Below are positions 12,979 through 21,937 of a DNA stretch of 64,000 nucleotides, one piece after another. A model generated the notes under the pieces. It saw only the letters and a list, made by a program, of their open reading frames with translations. It was not told where the DNA came from and did not search any database. This stretch comes from Spirochaetia bacterium (GTDB lineage Bacteria; Spirochaetota; Spirochaetia; SZUA-6; Bin103): the NCBI GenBank assembly GCA_965203515.1, contig OZ241907.1:3200001-3264000 (forward strand). The letters are read 5' to 3'. The translations under genes were made by a program, and so were the position numbers. How positions within the stretch are numbered: the first letter of the stretch is position 1; every line of letters begins with the position of its first letter.

Positions 12979-13493
12979 TTACAGAGTGACGATTTCGCCG
13001 GGACGCATGTCCGGTTTGAGGTCCCAGTACCAGGAGCCGTCGGCCAGCTCGATACGTCGTGAACCGAGTTCCCTGAGCCTCGATCTGACGCTCTGCAGCT
13101 TCCGGCGGAGCACGCCGCGGGGATCGAACAGGATGATGCCATGGTGCGTCACGTCGAGCAGCAGCCAGGGCGTGTCGGCCAACTCCTCCTCGGAGTAGTA
13201 CACGGCTACCGGGGCGGCCGGTATCCACTGCGACGTCAATTCGCTCGTGAGCGGCGTATCGCGCAGACGCAACTTTGCATGGAGGAACGCTTCGAGACCA
13301 CCTCGCGGGCGCCGCGGTGCACGACGAACAGGTCGATGTCGCTGAAGCGGTGCGCCTCACCCCGCGCCACCGAGCCGTACAGCGCGACCGCCGTCAACCG
13401 GTCGCCAAGCCGGACGCGAGCCGCCTCCAGCAGGGCGTCGATCAGCGGCTTGACCTGATCATAGCCGCAGGCGGCGCCTTCTTTCTCCTTCAC
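12979..13493 (-). pseudogene. MNT-like nucleotidyltransferase, single frameshift near 13295
   Basis: GTG start overlaps the upstream stop (GTGA). YGSVARGEAHRFSDIDLFVV (GS..DxD), continuing after the shift as EAFLHAKLRLRDT...GSWYWDLKPD. Confidence 0.75.
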
Positions 13494-14128
13494 GCAGAGC
13501 CTAAGCGCGACAGGAACTCCCGAATCTTGCGGAACGCGTCGTGATCGAAGTCCCAGACCCGTTTCTTCGCGGCTACCCCTACCGATACGTGCGGATCCGC
13601 GGTCGTGGCGAGGTACGCGGTCGTCCGTGCTTTTTCCGGCCGCCGCTGCATCTTCCGTCCGTCCGGATAGATGCACTCGAAGAAGCGGTCGATGCAGTCG
13701 TCCTCTGGCGTGCCGGCGAACGAACCGGCCAGCACCGTCTCCAGCATGCCGGCCCCGTCGTCAGGCACCACCAACACGCTTACCGCCGGACATCCGTCTG
13801 CGACGATCCCAACCGTATCCGGGAGCACAAGATTGGCTCTGTCGAGTTCTGAGAGCGCACGATTGGCTTTGCCGAGTGCCGAACATACGCTTTGGAACGC
13901 CGACCGAGCGGAGTCCTCAGCATCGCGCACGATTCCGAGGCGGCGGACTCTGGCAAATTCACGTGACTTTACGAGCGCCGAGAGATACTCACTCAGCTGG
14001 CTTACGCCGCCAAAGTCCTCGATATTCATCTGAGAAATCCCGAGATGTTTGCTGAACGCCTCAAAGAAATTGCGGTGATCGTTTCCTTCGACGAGGAGCA
14101 GTGTCTCCGCGCTGATGGTGGTCGGCAC
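13490..14128 (-). CDS. DUF3226-like (TOPRIM-type) protein
   Basis: LLLVEGNDH, LGIVRDAED, GMLETVL, WDFDHDAF; directly downstream of an AAA ATPase. Confidence 0.75.
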   Translation of the reverse strand: MPTTISAETLLLVEGNDHRNFFEAFSKHLGISQMNIEDFGGVSQLSEYLSALVKSREFARVRRLGIVRDAEDSARSAFQSVCSALGKANRALSELDRANLVLPDTVGIVADGCPAVSVLVVPDDGAGMLETVLAGSFAGTPEDDCIDRFFECIYPDGRKMQRRPEKARTTAYLATTADPHVSVGVAAKKRVWDFDHDAFRKIREFLSRLGSA

Positions 14129-14130
14129 GA

Positions 14131-15186
14131 TCAGCGAACCTCGATATCATGGCGTATCGCCGCGGCGATCTCGCCCCGGTCATACGTGACGCAATGGCAG
14201 GTGCCGTCATCGTCTCGTCCAAGGCGGTGCAGGGACAGAGCATCGGTCTTGATCGCCTGGTCGGCGGCCTGTGCGCACTCGAAGCTGTGGGTCGTGGCGA
14301 ACACCTGCACGTCGAATCGACGCGACGCGTTGTCGATCACGCGCCAGATGTCGGCGAGGACGGAGTGATGGAGGCCGTTTTCGACCTCATCGATGAGCAC
14401 TACGCCGGCAGGGACACTCGCCATTCCCAGTACGATGCTGGCAAACCGCGTCATGCCATCACCCATCACCGATAGCGGTACGAGCTCCGAAAGGCCGATG
14501 TCCCCCCAGATCATGGGGGAACCGCTGGCGGAGTTGTCTTCGATGCTCCGCAGGCGCGGCTCGATCACCTGCAGCGCTTCGAGCAGCAGGTCACCCTGCT
14601 TCCGCTTCCGCAACGCTCCCAGGCGGACCGCGTCGTCATGGTCGGTCCGGCGGCGAGACGTCGTCAAGGAGCACGAAAAGGGGACGAACTCCTGGTGGTG
14701 ATCGAACTCGATCTTGTCGTTGACGAGTCTCGCCGCCGTCCTGACAGATTCTGCCTCGCCCTGTTGAAAGGTGAACACCAGCTCGTCCATCGGCGTGAGA
14801 TCGGTGCGTCCGGCATCCTGCACGGGCAACGCGATGCTGCGCCGAGCTGCGAGGGCGATCTTCATCGACAGATCACCGGAAGGTTCGTGCGCGGCTGCGA
14901 TTTCGATGGTGTCTCCGGCATCGAAATCAAAGAAAAACGGTTTCCACAAGGTCTCGACCAACGCCTCCTTCGTCATCCGTGCTTCCGAATCTGTGCCCGC
15001 GGTCCGAAGGATATTGGCATTCATCGCAAGATGAGGATGACCGGCCCCCGAGAGCAGAAAGACGGCTTCCAGCAGCGCCGTCTTGCCGGCGTTGTTGCGG
15101 CCGGCAACGACGTTTACGCGGCTCAGGCGCGGGATGTCGAGCTCCCGGAACAGGCGATAGTTGCGGATGCGCAGGTGATCGAGCAT
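14131..15186 (-). CDS. AAA_15/AAA_21 ABC-type ATPase
   Basis: IRNYRLF, Walker A GRNNAGKT, signature MGDGM, Walker B LIDEVENGLH, FATTHS. Confidence 0.9.
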   Translation of the reverse strand: MLDHLRIRNYRLFRELDIPRLSRVNVVAGRNNAGKTALLEAVFLLSGAGHPHLAMNANILRTAGTDSEARMTKEALVETLWKPFFFDFDAGDTIEIAAAHEPSGDLSMKIALAARRSIALPVQDAGRTDLTPMDELVFTFQQGEAESVRTAARLVNDKIEFDHHQEFVPFSCSLTTSRRRTDHDDAVRLGALRKRKQGDLLLEALQVIEPRLRSIEDNSASGSPMIWGDIGLSELVPLSVMGDGMTRFASIVLGMASVPAGVVLIDEVENGLHHSVLADIWRVIDNASRRFDVQVFATTHSFECAQAADQAIKTDALSLHRLGRDDDGTCHCVTYDRGEIAAAIRHDIEVR

Positions 15187-15210
15187 GGTCGCGGAGTCCG
15201 TCGTCGGCCG

Positions 15211-16281
15211 CTATCCGGCCGAGAGCGCCGGCGCCACCTCGGTGGCGAGCAGCTCCACGCAGCGCCACCAGCGCTCGTCGTCGTCGGAGTCCTGCGCGAT
15301 CATCAGCAGCCGGCCGAAGCCGCCGGTGACGTCGATCACCTCGCGCAGCCGTTGCACGACGGTGTCGACGCCGCCGATGATGCACAGGTTGTTCAGCACG
15401 TACTCCACGTCGAGGTCGTCGTCGGTCATGCGAGGATCGAGCTTCATCGCTTCCTGCACCATGCCGGCCTTGAGGATCTTGATCATGTACTCGTACGACC
15501 GGCTGTACACGCCGCGGGCGAACTCCCACGCGTCGGCGTCGGTATCGGCCACCATGACGCTGCGGCACACCCGCCACTCGCCGCGGTCGGGCTCCGGCCG
15601 GCCGGCCTTGGCCGCCCCCTCGCAATAGACCTCCCACTGCCGTTTGAGCACGGCCGGCGTCACCATGTTGGCGCTGATCGGGATGTAGCCGCGCTCGCCG
15701 GCGGTCAGCGCGCCGCGCGACTCCGCCTTGATGATGCTCAGGGCGATCGGCGGGTGAGGCTTCTGATACGGCTTGAGGATGTCGCCCATGCTCAAGTCAG
15801 GCCGAGGGTTTTGCACCTTGGCGCGCCAGAACTCGTCCTTGAAGTCGAACGGCGCCGTCGATTCCCACAGCTTCAGGACCATGTCCATGCCGCGCACCGT
15901 CATCAGGCCGACCTCGGCCGGGTCGAGATCGAACAGCTCGTAGTCGCACGGCACGCCGCCCTGGCCGAAGCCGACCAGGAACCGGCCGCGCGCCAGGTGA
16001 TCGAGGTACGCCAGCCGGGTGGCGACGTTGGCCGGATGGTGCAGCGGCATGATCGACACGCCGGTGCCGAGCTTGATCGACGAGGTGCGCGGCAGCGCGT
16101 TGGCGATGAACACGTCATTCGAGGGGATCGGCTCCCACTCCAGCGTGTGGTGCTGGCCGATCCACGCCTCCTCATAGCCCAGCCGGTCGCAGCGGACCAC
16201 CAGCTCCAGGTCCTCTTCGAAGCATTCGGTGCGATCGCGCTCCGGCGGATGCAGGGGCATCATGAACATTCCGAGTTTCAT
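15211..16281 (-). CDS. LLM-class flavin-dependent oxidoreductase (luciferase-like monooxygenase)
   Basis: MKLGMFMMPLHPP, EAWIGQHH, IKLGTGV, PYQKPHPPI; GGAGG RBS before ATG 16281. Confidence 0.9.
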   Translation of the reverse strand: MKLGMFMMPLHPPERDRTECFEEDLELVVRCDRLGYEEAWIGQHHTLEWEPIPSNDVFIANALPRTSSIKLGTGVSIMPLHHPANVATRLAYLDHLARGRFLVGFGQGGVPCDYELFDLDPAEVGLMTVRGMDMVLKLWESTAPFDFKDEFWRAKVQNPRPDLSMGDILKPYQKPHPPIALSIIKAESRGALTAGERGYIPISANMVTPAVLKRQWEVYCEGAAKAGRPEPDRGEWRVCRSVMVADTDADAWEFARGVYSRSYEYMIKILKAGMVQEAMKLDPRMTDDDLDVEYVLNNLCIIGGVDTVVQRLREVIDVTGGFGRLLMIAQDSDDDERWWRCVELLATEVAPALSAG

Positions 16282-16339
16282 CGAGCTATCCTCCATGCCG
16301 CAGACCGCGGCGCGCCGGCGTTCGGACCGGGTAATCGAC

Positions 16340-17314
16340 TTAATCGACTGCGGACTCGTCGAAGGAGGCCGTCAGATCGGCGGTCGGCCGGCCCGCATCG
16401 TCGGCGATGACGCGAGCCGCCGGCGGCTGCGTGCGGTACGGCTGCAGCCGGCTGCCGACCCGGACGTCGAAGGAGGTCACCCCCTGCCGCTCCAGGAGCA
16501 GCCCGACCGGGATGCGGTCGCCCCATTCCAGCGCCTTCTGCGAGAAGGCCGCCACCTTGGCGCGGAGCTCGCCGGTCTCCGCGCCGGCGGAGATGCGGCC
16601 GTCGTAATCGGTCGCCTCGACGTCGTAGATGCGCGAGTCACCGTTGCCGGTGCCGCTGAACCACGCCTTGTCGTGCAGGTCGTTGTAGGTCGGGCACGGC
16701 TGGACGATGTCCAGGAACGACAGGCCCGGGTGCCGCACCGCGCGGGTGATCATGCTCACCAGGTGGCGCACGTCGTAGGAGTAGCCGCGGCCGATCCAGG
16801 TAAAGCCGCTCGCATAGGCCAGCGACGGCCCGTTGACGCTCTCCTGGATGTTCGGCTCCGCCAGGCTCTTGGTCTGCAAGCCGAGCTGCAGGGTCGGCGC
16901 TCCTTGCCCCTGCGTGAGGCCGTACACCTCGTTGTTGAACAGCAGGTAGGTCAGATCGACGTTGCGCCGGCCGGCGTTGACGAAGTGGCCGGCGCCGATG
17001 CCCAGCCCGTCGCCGTCGCCGGCGACGATGATCACCGTCAGCTCCGGGTTGGCCAGCTTGATGCCGGTCGCGAACGGCAGCGGACGGCCGTGCAGGGTGT
17101 GCACGCCGTAGCAGTTCACGTAGTACTGCGCCTTGCCGGAGCAGCCGATGCCGCCGACCAGCACCACCTGATGCGGCATGAGCCCCAGGCCGGCGAGCGC
17201 CTGCTGCAGGGCACCCAGGATGCCGAAGTCCCCGCACCCCGGGCACCAGTCGTTGGCGTAGTCGACCCGGAACTGCTTGAGCGCCTGTCTGCGGTCGAGG
17301 GTTGCGGTTGGCAT
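16340..17314 (-). CDS. 2-oxoacid:ferredoxin oxidoreductase beta subunit
   Basis: WCPGCGDFG, GIGCSG, HTLHGR, TPP motif GDGDG...NNEVYGLT. Confidence 0.95.
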   Translation of the reverse strand: MPTATLDRRQALKQFRVDYANDWCPGCGDFGILGALQQALAGLGLMPHQVVLVGGIGCSGKAQYYVNCYGVHTLHGRPLPFATGIKLANPELTVIIVAGDGDGLGIGAGHFVNAGRRNVDLTYLLFNNEVYGLTQGQGAPTLQLGLQTKSLAEPNIQESVNGPSLAYASGFTWIGRGYSYDVRHLVSMITRAVRHPGLSFLDIVQPCPTYNDLHDKAWFSGTGNGDSRIYDVEATDYDGRISAGAETGELRAKVAAFSQKALEWGDRIPVGLLLERQGVTSFDVRVGSRLQPYRTQPPAARVIADDAGRPTADLTASFDESAVD

Positions 17315-17321
17315 GTCGTGG

Positions 17322-19271
17322 CTACTCCCAGGGGTTGCGGATGACGGTCTTGGGCTCCGCGCCGCCGGCGGCGATGCGCTGCAGCGGCCCCTGCAGCTCG
17401 GCGGCGGTCAGCGGCCGGCCGTTGTACTTGACGATCTGGTGGGCGGGCCGCAGGCCGGTCTGCTGGCCAAGCAGGCGCGCGAACTGCCCGGAGCGGTTGA
17501 GCTCCACGGTGACGGTCGGCCCGCGCGCGCCCACGCCGGAGAGCAGCGCCTGCAGCTCCGGGCCCGGGAACGGCCAGAGCAGCCGTACCTGCACCAGCCG
17601 CACGGCGAGTCCCCGGCCGGCGAGCGCGTCGATCGCCTCCAGCATCGCCCCCTTGGTGGAGCCCCAGCTCACCACGGTGAGCGCCGCGTCGTCCGCGCCG
17701 TACACCGCGACCTTCTCCGGGAGTCCGATCTCCTCCTCCGCCACCTCCAGCTTGCGGTCGCGCTTCTCCATCTGCTGCTCGCGCACCACCGGGTCCTCGG
17801 TGACGCGGCCTTCCTCGGTATGCTCGCCGCCGGTCACCCAATGCATGCCGCCGGGCTGGCCCAGCACCGGGCGCGGCGAGATGCCGTCGTCCGTGACCGC
17901 GAACCGGGGGAACGATCCCTGCTGCGGCGCGCGGCCGTCGGGCCGGTAGCGCCGGCCGCGGTCGATCGACAACGTGCCGGGATCGAACCGGGGCAGGGTC
18001 TGCGTGGTGCTCGACAGCGCCTTGTCGAGCAGGTGGATGACCGGCAGCTGGTAGCGCTCGGCGTAGTTGAACGCCTGCGCGGCGTCGGTGAACGCCTCCG
18101 TCAGGTCGGAGGAAGCCATCACGATGCGCGGAAACTCGCCGTGGCCGGCGTACAGGGCGCTCAACAGGTCGCCCTGCTCGGTCCGGGTCGGCAAGCCGGT
18201 CGACGGGCCGCCGCGCTGCCAGAGCGTCACCACCAGCGGCACCTCGTTGATGCCGGCCCAGCCGAGTCCCTCGGTCATCAGCGAGAAGCCGGGGCCGGAG
18301 GTCGCGGTGGAGGAGCGCACGCCGGTGAGCGCCGCGCCGGCCGCCATGGTGATGGCGGCGATCTCATCTTCGGTCTGGACCACGACCACCGCCTGTTCGC
18401 CGCCCGCGCGGCTTGCGATCCGCGGGTGCCGCTCCAGGAAGGTGTTCTCCGCGGTCGCCGGGCTGATCGGGTAGTAGGTCTGAAAGGCGAGCCCGGCGGC
18501 CATCTTGCCCATGGCCACCACCTCGCTGCCGTTCACGTAGATGCGGGGACGATCGGGGCTGCCGGGCTGCAATCGCAGGTGGAACGTCCGGTCGGCGAAC
18601 CGGTCGACCGCGTAGCGGTAGGCCAGATCGATGGCGTGGGTGTTGAGCTCCACGATCGGCTTGCGCCCGCGAAAGACGCGGTCGAGCGCGCGTACCAGGA
18701 ACGAGCGGTCCAGGCCGAGGGCGGCGCAGCAGACCGCCACCGACACGGTGTTCAGGGTGCGGTCGGCGCGCGCCTGGGTGATGCCGAGATCCTTGGCCAG
18801 GGCGCCGGTGACCGAGCCGAAGTCGACCGGCAGCGCGTGCACGCCGCGCTCGGCGGCCATCTCCAGCAGACCGGCGGTGCTGTGCGGGAGGCCGCGTTCG
18901 TCCAGCAGGGCGGCCAGGTCGCCGGCCGCGCGCTCATCCAGCATGCTCAACCGGCTCAGCGGGACGTCGGCATCGCGCGCGGAGTGCAGCAGCCAGCCGC
19001 CGTCGGTGACGGCCATCACGTGTCGGGCCAGCGTCTCCGCGTCGAAGGACGCCATGAAGTCGACCTGGCTGCGGTGGCAGGTGAGCGGATGGTCGGCGAC
19101 CCGCACGTCGTAATACGAGTGCCGGCCCATGATGTTGGAGTAGTATTCGCGGTGGCCGAAGACGTGCAGTCCCGCCGCCGCGCAGGAGCGGGCGAAGAAT
19201 CGCGCGGCCGTATCGACCCCGCTCCCCTGCGGTCCGCCGATCCGCCATGCCAGATCAGTTATCAGTGCCAT
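17322..19271 (-). CDS. 2-oxoacid:ferredoxin oxidoreductase alpha subunit
   Basis: GGPQGSGVD, YYPISPAT, EDEIAA, TATSGPGFSLM, QRGGPSTGLPT. Confidence 0.95.
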   Translation of the reverse strand: MALITDLAWRIGGPQGSGVDTAARFFARSCAAAGLHVFGHREYYSNIMGRHSYYDVRVADHPLTCHRSQVDFMASFDAETLARHVMAVTDGGWLLHSARDADVPLSRLSMLDERAAGDLAALLDERGLPHSTAGLLEMAAERGVHALPVDFGSVTGALAKDLGITQARADRTLNTVSVAVCCAALGLDRSFLVRALDRVFRGRKPIVELNTHAIDLAYRYAVDRFADRTFHLRLQPGSPDRPRIYVNGSEVVAMGKMAAGLAFQTYYPISPATAENTFLERHPRIASRAGGEQAVVVVQTEDEIAAITMAAGAALTGVRSSTATSGPGFSLMTEGLGWAGINEVPLVVTLWQRGGPSTGLPTRTEQGDLLSALYAGHGEFPRIVMASSDLTEAFTDAAQAFNYAERYQLPVIHLLDKALSSTTQTLPRFDPGTLSIDRGRRYRPDGRAPQQGSFPRFAVTDDGISPRPVLGQPGGMHWVTGGEHTEEGRVTEDPVVREQQMEKRDRKLEVAEEEIGLPEKVAVYGADDAALTVVSWGSTKGAMLEAIDALAGRGLAVRLVQVRLLWPFPGPELQALLSGVGARGPTVTVELNRSGQFARLLGQQTGLRPAHQIVKYNGRPLTAAELQGPLQRIAAGGAEPKTVIRNPWE

Positions 19272-19446
19272 GCTGTGTCGTCGATCGTTGACTCTTTGCA
19301 GCTAGGCGCGTTCGATCGCGCGATGGCTGCGGATCGCGCACGCTTGCCGGAAGCTACGATAGGATATTGAGAAACTTGACGTACTGTCAAACCGCACCGC
19401 CGCCGGGGCGGAGTCCCCGTGACGCGGCGTCCGTGACGCGGCTCCC

Positions 19447-20283
19447 ATGAAGGTAGCGATCCTGGCTGACGTGCACGGCAACCTGCAGGCGCTGCAGGCG
19501 GTGTGCGATCACGTGGACCGCTGGCGTCCGGATGCGGTGCTGGTGGCCGGCGACACCGTCAACCGCGGCCCGCGCTCCCCGGAATGCCACGATGCGATCC
19601 GCGCGCGCCGCGCGTGCGACGGCTGGATCGTCATACGCGGCAATCACGAAGAGTACGTCATGGGGCGCGCCGCCGCCGACGCGCCCCGCCCGCCGGCGCC
19701 GTACGACGTGTTCGCGGCGGTCGACTGGTGCCGGCGCTCGCTGGGCGCGCGCGTCGCGGAGCTCCCGGAGCTGCCGGCACAGGCGCGGCTGGAGACGCCG
19801 GCCGGCGAGGTATTCATGACCCACGGCACGCTGCTCGGCTCCCGCGACGGCATCTACCCGCACACCACGGAGGACGAGTTGCGCGCCAAGGTGCGCCTGC
19901 GCAGCGCGGTGTTCGCGGTGGGGCACACCCACCGGCCGCTGACCCGCACCTGCCGGGGCTGCCTGGTGATCAACGCGGGCTCGATCGGGCTGCCGTTCGA
20001 CGGCGACCCGCGCGCCGCCTACGCGCGTCTGGAGCTGACCGGCGCCGGCGCGTGCGTACGCATCGTCCGGCTGGCCTACGACCGCGCCGCCGCGGAGCGG
20101 GACTTCGCGCTGAGCGGCTTTCTGGACGGCAGCGGACCGATCGGCCGGATCATCCTCAACGAGTTCCGTACCGCGCGCGGCCGGTTGGCGGCGTGGACCC
20201 GCGACTTCCAGGCCCGGATACTGGCGCGGGAGGTCACCGTGGCGGAGGCGGCGCAGAGGTTTCTGGCCGGGCAGACCGGATGA
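19447..20283 (+). CDS. Metallophosphoesterase family protein
   Basis: DVHGN, GDTVNRGP, GNHE, THG, GHTH, NAGSIG. Confidence 0.9.
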   Translation: MKVAILADVHGNLQALQAVCDHVDRWRPDAVLVAGDTVNRGPRSPECHDAIRARRACDGWIVIRGNHEEYVMGRAAADAPRPPAPYDVFAAVDWCRRSLGARVAELPELPAQARLETPAGEVFMTHGTLLGSRDGIYPHTTEDELRAKVRLRSAVFAVGHTHRPLTRTCRGCLVINAGSIGLPFDGDPRAAYARLELTGAGACVRIVRLAYDRAAAERDFALSGFLDGSGPIGRIILNEFRTARGRLAAWTRDFQARILAREVTVAEAAQRFLAGQTG

Positions 20284-20704
20284 GCCGCCGCGGCGGCGGC
20301 TGGCGGGAGAGCAGGTCGGCCAGGTCCGTGCGGATCTCCTCATCGGTCAGGCCGGCCTTGCGGTCGAAGGCGATCGCGCGGGCGACCAGCAGGTCGCGCT
20401 GCGGGCCGCCCTCATATCGGTCGGGCAGCAGGCCGGCGGCGCGCGCGGCGGCGATCGTCCGCTCGACCCGCGCCGGCGACGGCATGAACAGCCGGCGCAG
20501 CGCGTGCGGGACGCGCGCGATCAGCAGCCACAGGCCGGCGGCCGCGGCGCCCGCGAGCGGGGCGGCGCCGATGCTGGCGGCCCGCTCGAAGGCGGACGCC
20601 ATCGCCTGCCAGCCCACGCCGGCGCTGATCGCCTGCGCCGCGGTGACCCCGGCGCCGAGCGTGACGGCGATGATGCGGTTGGTGGTGCTAGCGCGGGACG
20701 GCAT
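20234..20704 (-). CDS. Hypothetical membrane protein
   Basis: 3' half of ORF 20234..21244 reads protein-like with hydrophobic segments (RIIAVTLGAGV, AGLWLLIARV). Overlaps the neighbour's 3' end by about 50 bp. Confidence 0.45.
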   Translation of the reverse strand: MPSRASTTNRIIAVTLGAGVTAAQAISAGVGWQAMASAFERAASIGAAPLAGAAAAGLWLLIARVPHALRRLFMPSPARVERTIAAARAAGLLPDRYEGGPQRDLLVARAIAFDRKAGLTDEEIRTDLADLLSRQPPPRRLIRSARPETSAPPPPR

Positions 20705-20863
20705 CGGCGGTGCGGCAGCCGGGGGTACGGCGCGGACGGCTGCGCCCGCGGTCCGGCTGCGCGCCCATCGTATCCGCCCGGCGCACTCGACGTCAGGCGG
20801 CCGGGCGGACCCGACCGGCGACCCGGCCGGCATCGACGGCGCGCCGGCCGCCGATACGGGGTC

Positions 20864-21544
20864 ATGATCCGGTCGCGCGCGGGCGTGCCGGAGCTGGCGT
20901 TGCTGATCGCCGGGCTGCTGATTGCCGGGTTGCTCGCCGGCCCGGCCACTTCCGTCGCCGCCCTCGACCCGCCGACGATAACCGTCACCTACGAGTCGGC
21001 GCAGGGTATCGAGGAGGACGACGAAGAGGAGCTGTCGCCCAGCTACGTGCGCCGCACCGTCGTGACGACCGTGCGCCAGCCGCTTGGCGGCGGCGCCCGC
21101 GTCACGCTTCCGGTACGGCTCACCACCCGTTCCGACCCGCGGGAGCCGGCCGAAGGCGACGACCGGTCGGTGAGCTTTCAGCCGCGGCTCGACGTCGATC
21201 TGACCGACCGGCTCGACCTGGGCACGGAGCTGATCCTGCGCCACGACGACGACCGGCGGTTGCTCACCGCCGGCGGCCGGCTGCAGTCGCGGCTGCGGGT
21301 GGGCGACGTCGCCCTCGACGGGTGGCTGAAGCCGCTGTTCGATCTCTACGCGGACCGGCCGGAGCGCAACCGGCAGCTCTACACCGCGTCGGTCGGCGTC
21401 ACCTACACGCGCGACGCCCTGCGCGTGAGCACCCGCTACCGCGGCACGGCGCGGTTCGCCTTCGGGGAAGGGAGCGAGGTCGATCCGCGCTTCTCCCTGC
21501 TGGTGAGCGTATCGCTGCGCATCGATCTGGCCGCGGTGCGCTGA
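20864..21544 (+). CDS. Secreted protein, possible outer-membrane beta-barrel
   Basis: Signal peptide (LALLIAGLLIAGLLAGPATSVAA) followed by alternating amphipathic beta-strand patterns. Confidence 0.65.
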   Translation: MIRSRAGVPELALLIAGLLIAGLLAGPATSVAALDPPTITVTYESAQGIEEDDEEELSPSYVRRTVVTTVRQPLGGGARVTLPVRLTTRSDPREPAEGDDRSVSFQPRLDVDLTDRLDLGTELILRHDDDRRLLTAGGRLQSRLRVGDVALDGWLKPLFDLYADRPERNRQLYTASVGVTYTRDALRVSTRYRGTARFAFGEGSEVDPRFSLLVSVSLRIDLAAVR

Positions 21545-21547
21545 GGT

Positions 21548-21937
21548 TCACCCGTCCGTGCCGCGCTCGAGCGCGTAGGAGTCGACCCGGAGCCGGGCGG
21601 GCACGCCCGGTTCGTACGCTTCCCGCACCACTTGGCCGCGAACCGTCACGCGGCGCTGCTGCAGGCGCCGCAGCTCCGCCGCCGGATCGCCGACCAGCTC
21701 GTAGGTCACCTCGTCGGTGACCACGACCAGCCGGACGTGGGGCTCCGAGCCGGTCACCGTAATCCGGCCGGTGACCGCGATCCGGCCGGTACCTGACCGG
21801 TCGGTAATTGCGGACCGGTCGGTAATCGCGGACCGGTCGTCCGATTCCGCCGGGTCCGGCGCGCCGACCTGGTCCGCGGAGGCGCATGCCAGGAGCATCC
21901 CGGCGGACAGCGCCACCGCCGCGCCGGCGCGCGTCAC
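21548..21937 (-). CDS. Small lipoprotein (possible OB-fold)
   Basis: GTG overlaps the protease stop (GTGA); lipobox-like MLLAC; TGRITVTGSEPH...VTVRG. Confidence 0.65.
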   Translation of the reverse strand: MTRAGAAVALSAGMLLACASADQVGAPDPAESDDRSAITDRSAITDRSGTGRIAVTGRITVTGSEPHVRLVVVTDEVTYELVGDPAAELRRLQQRRVTVRGQVVREAYEPGVPARLRVDSYALERGTDG

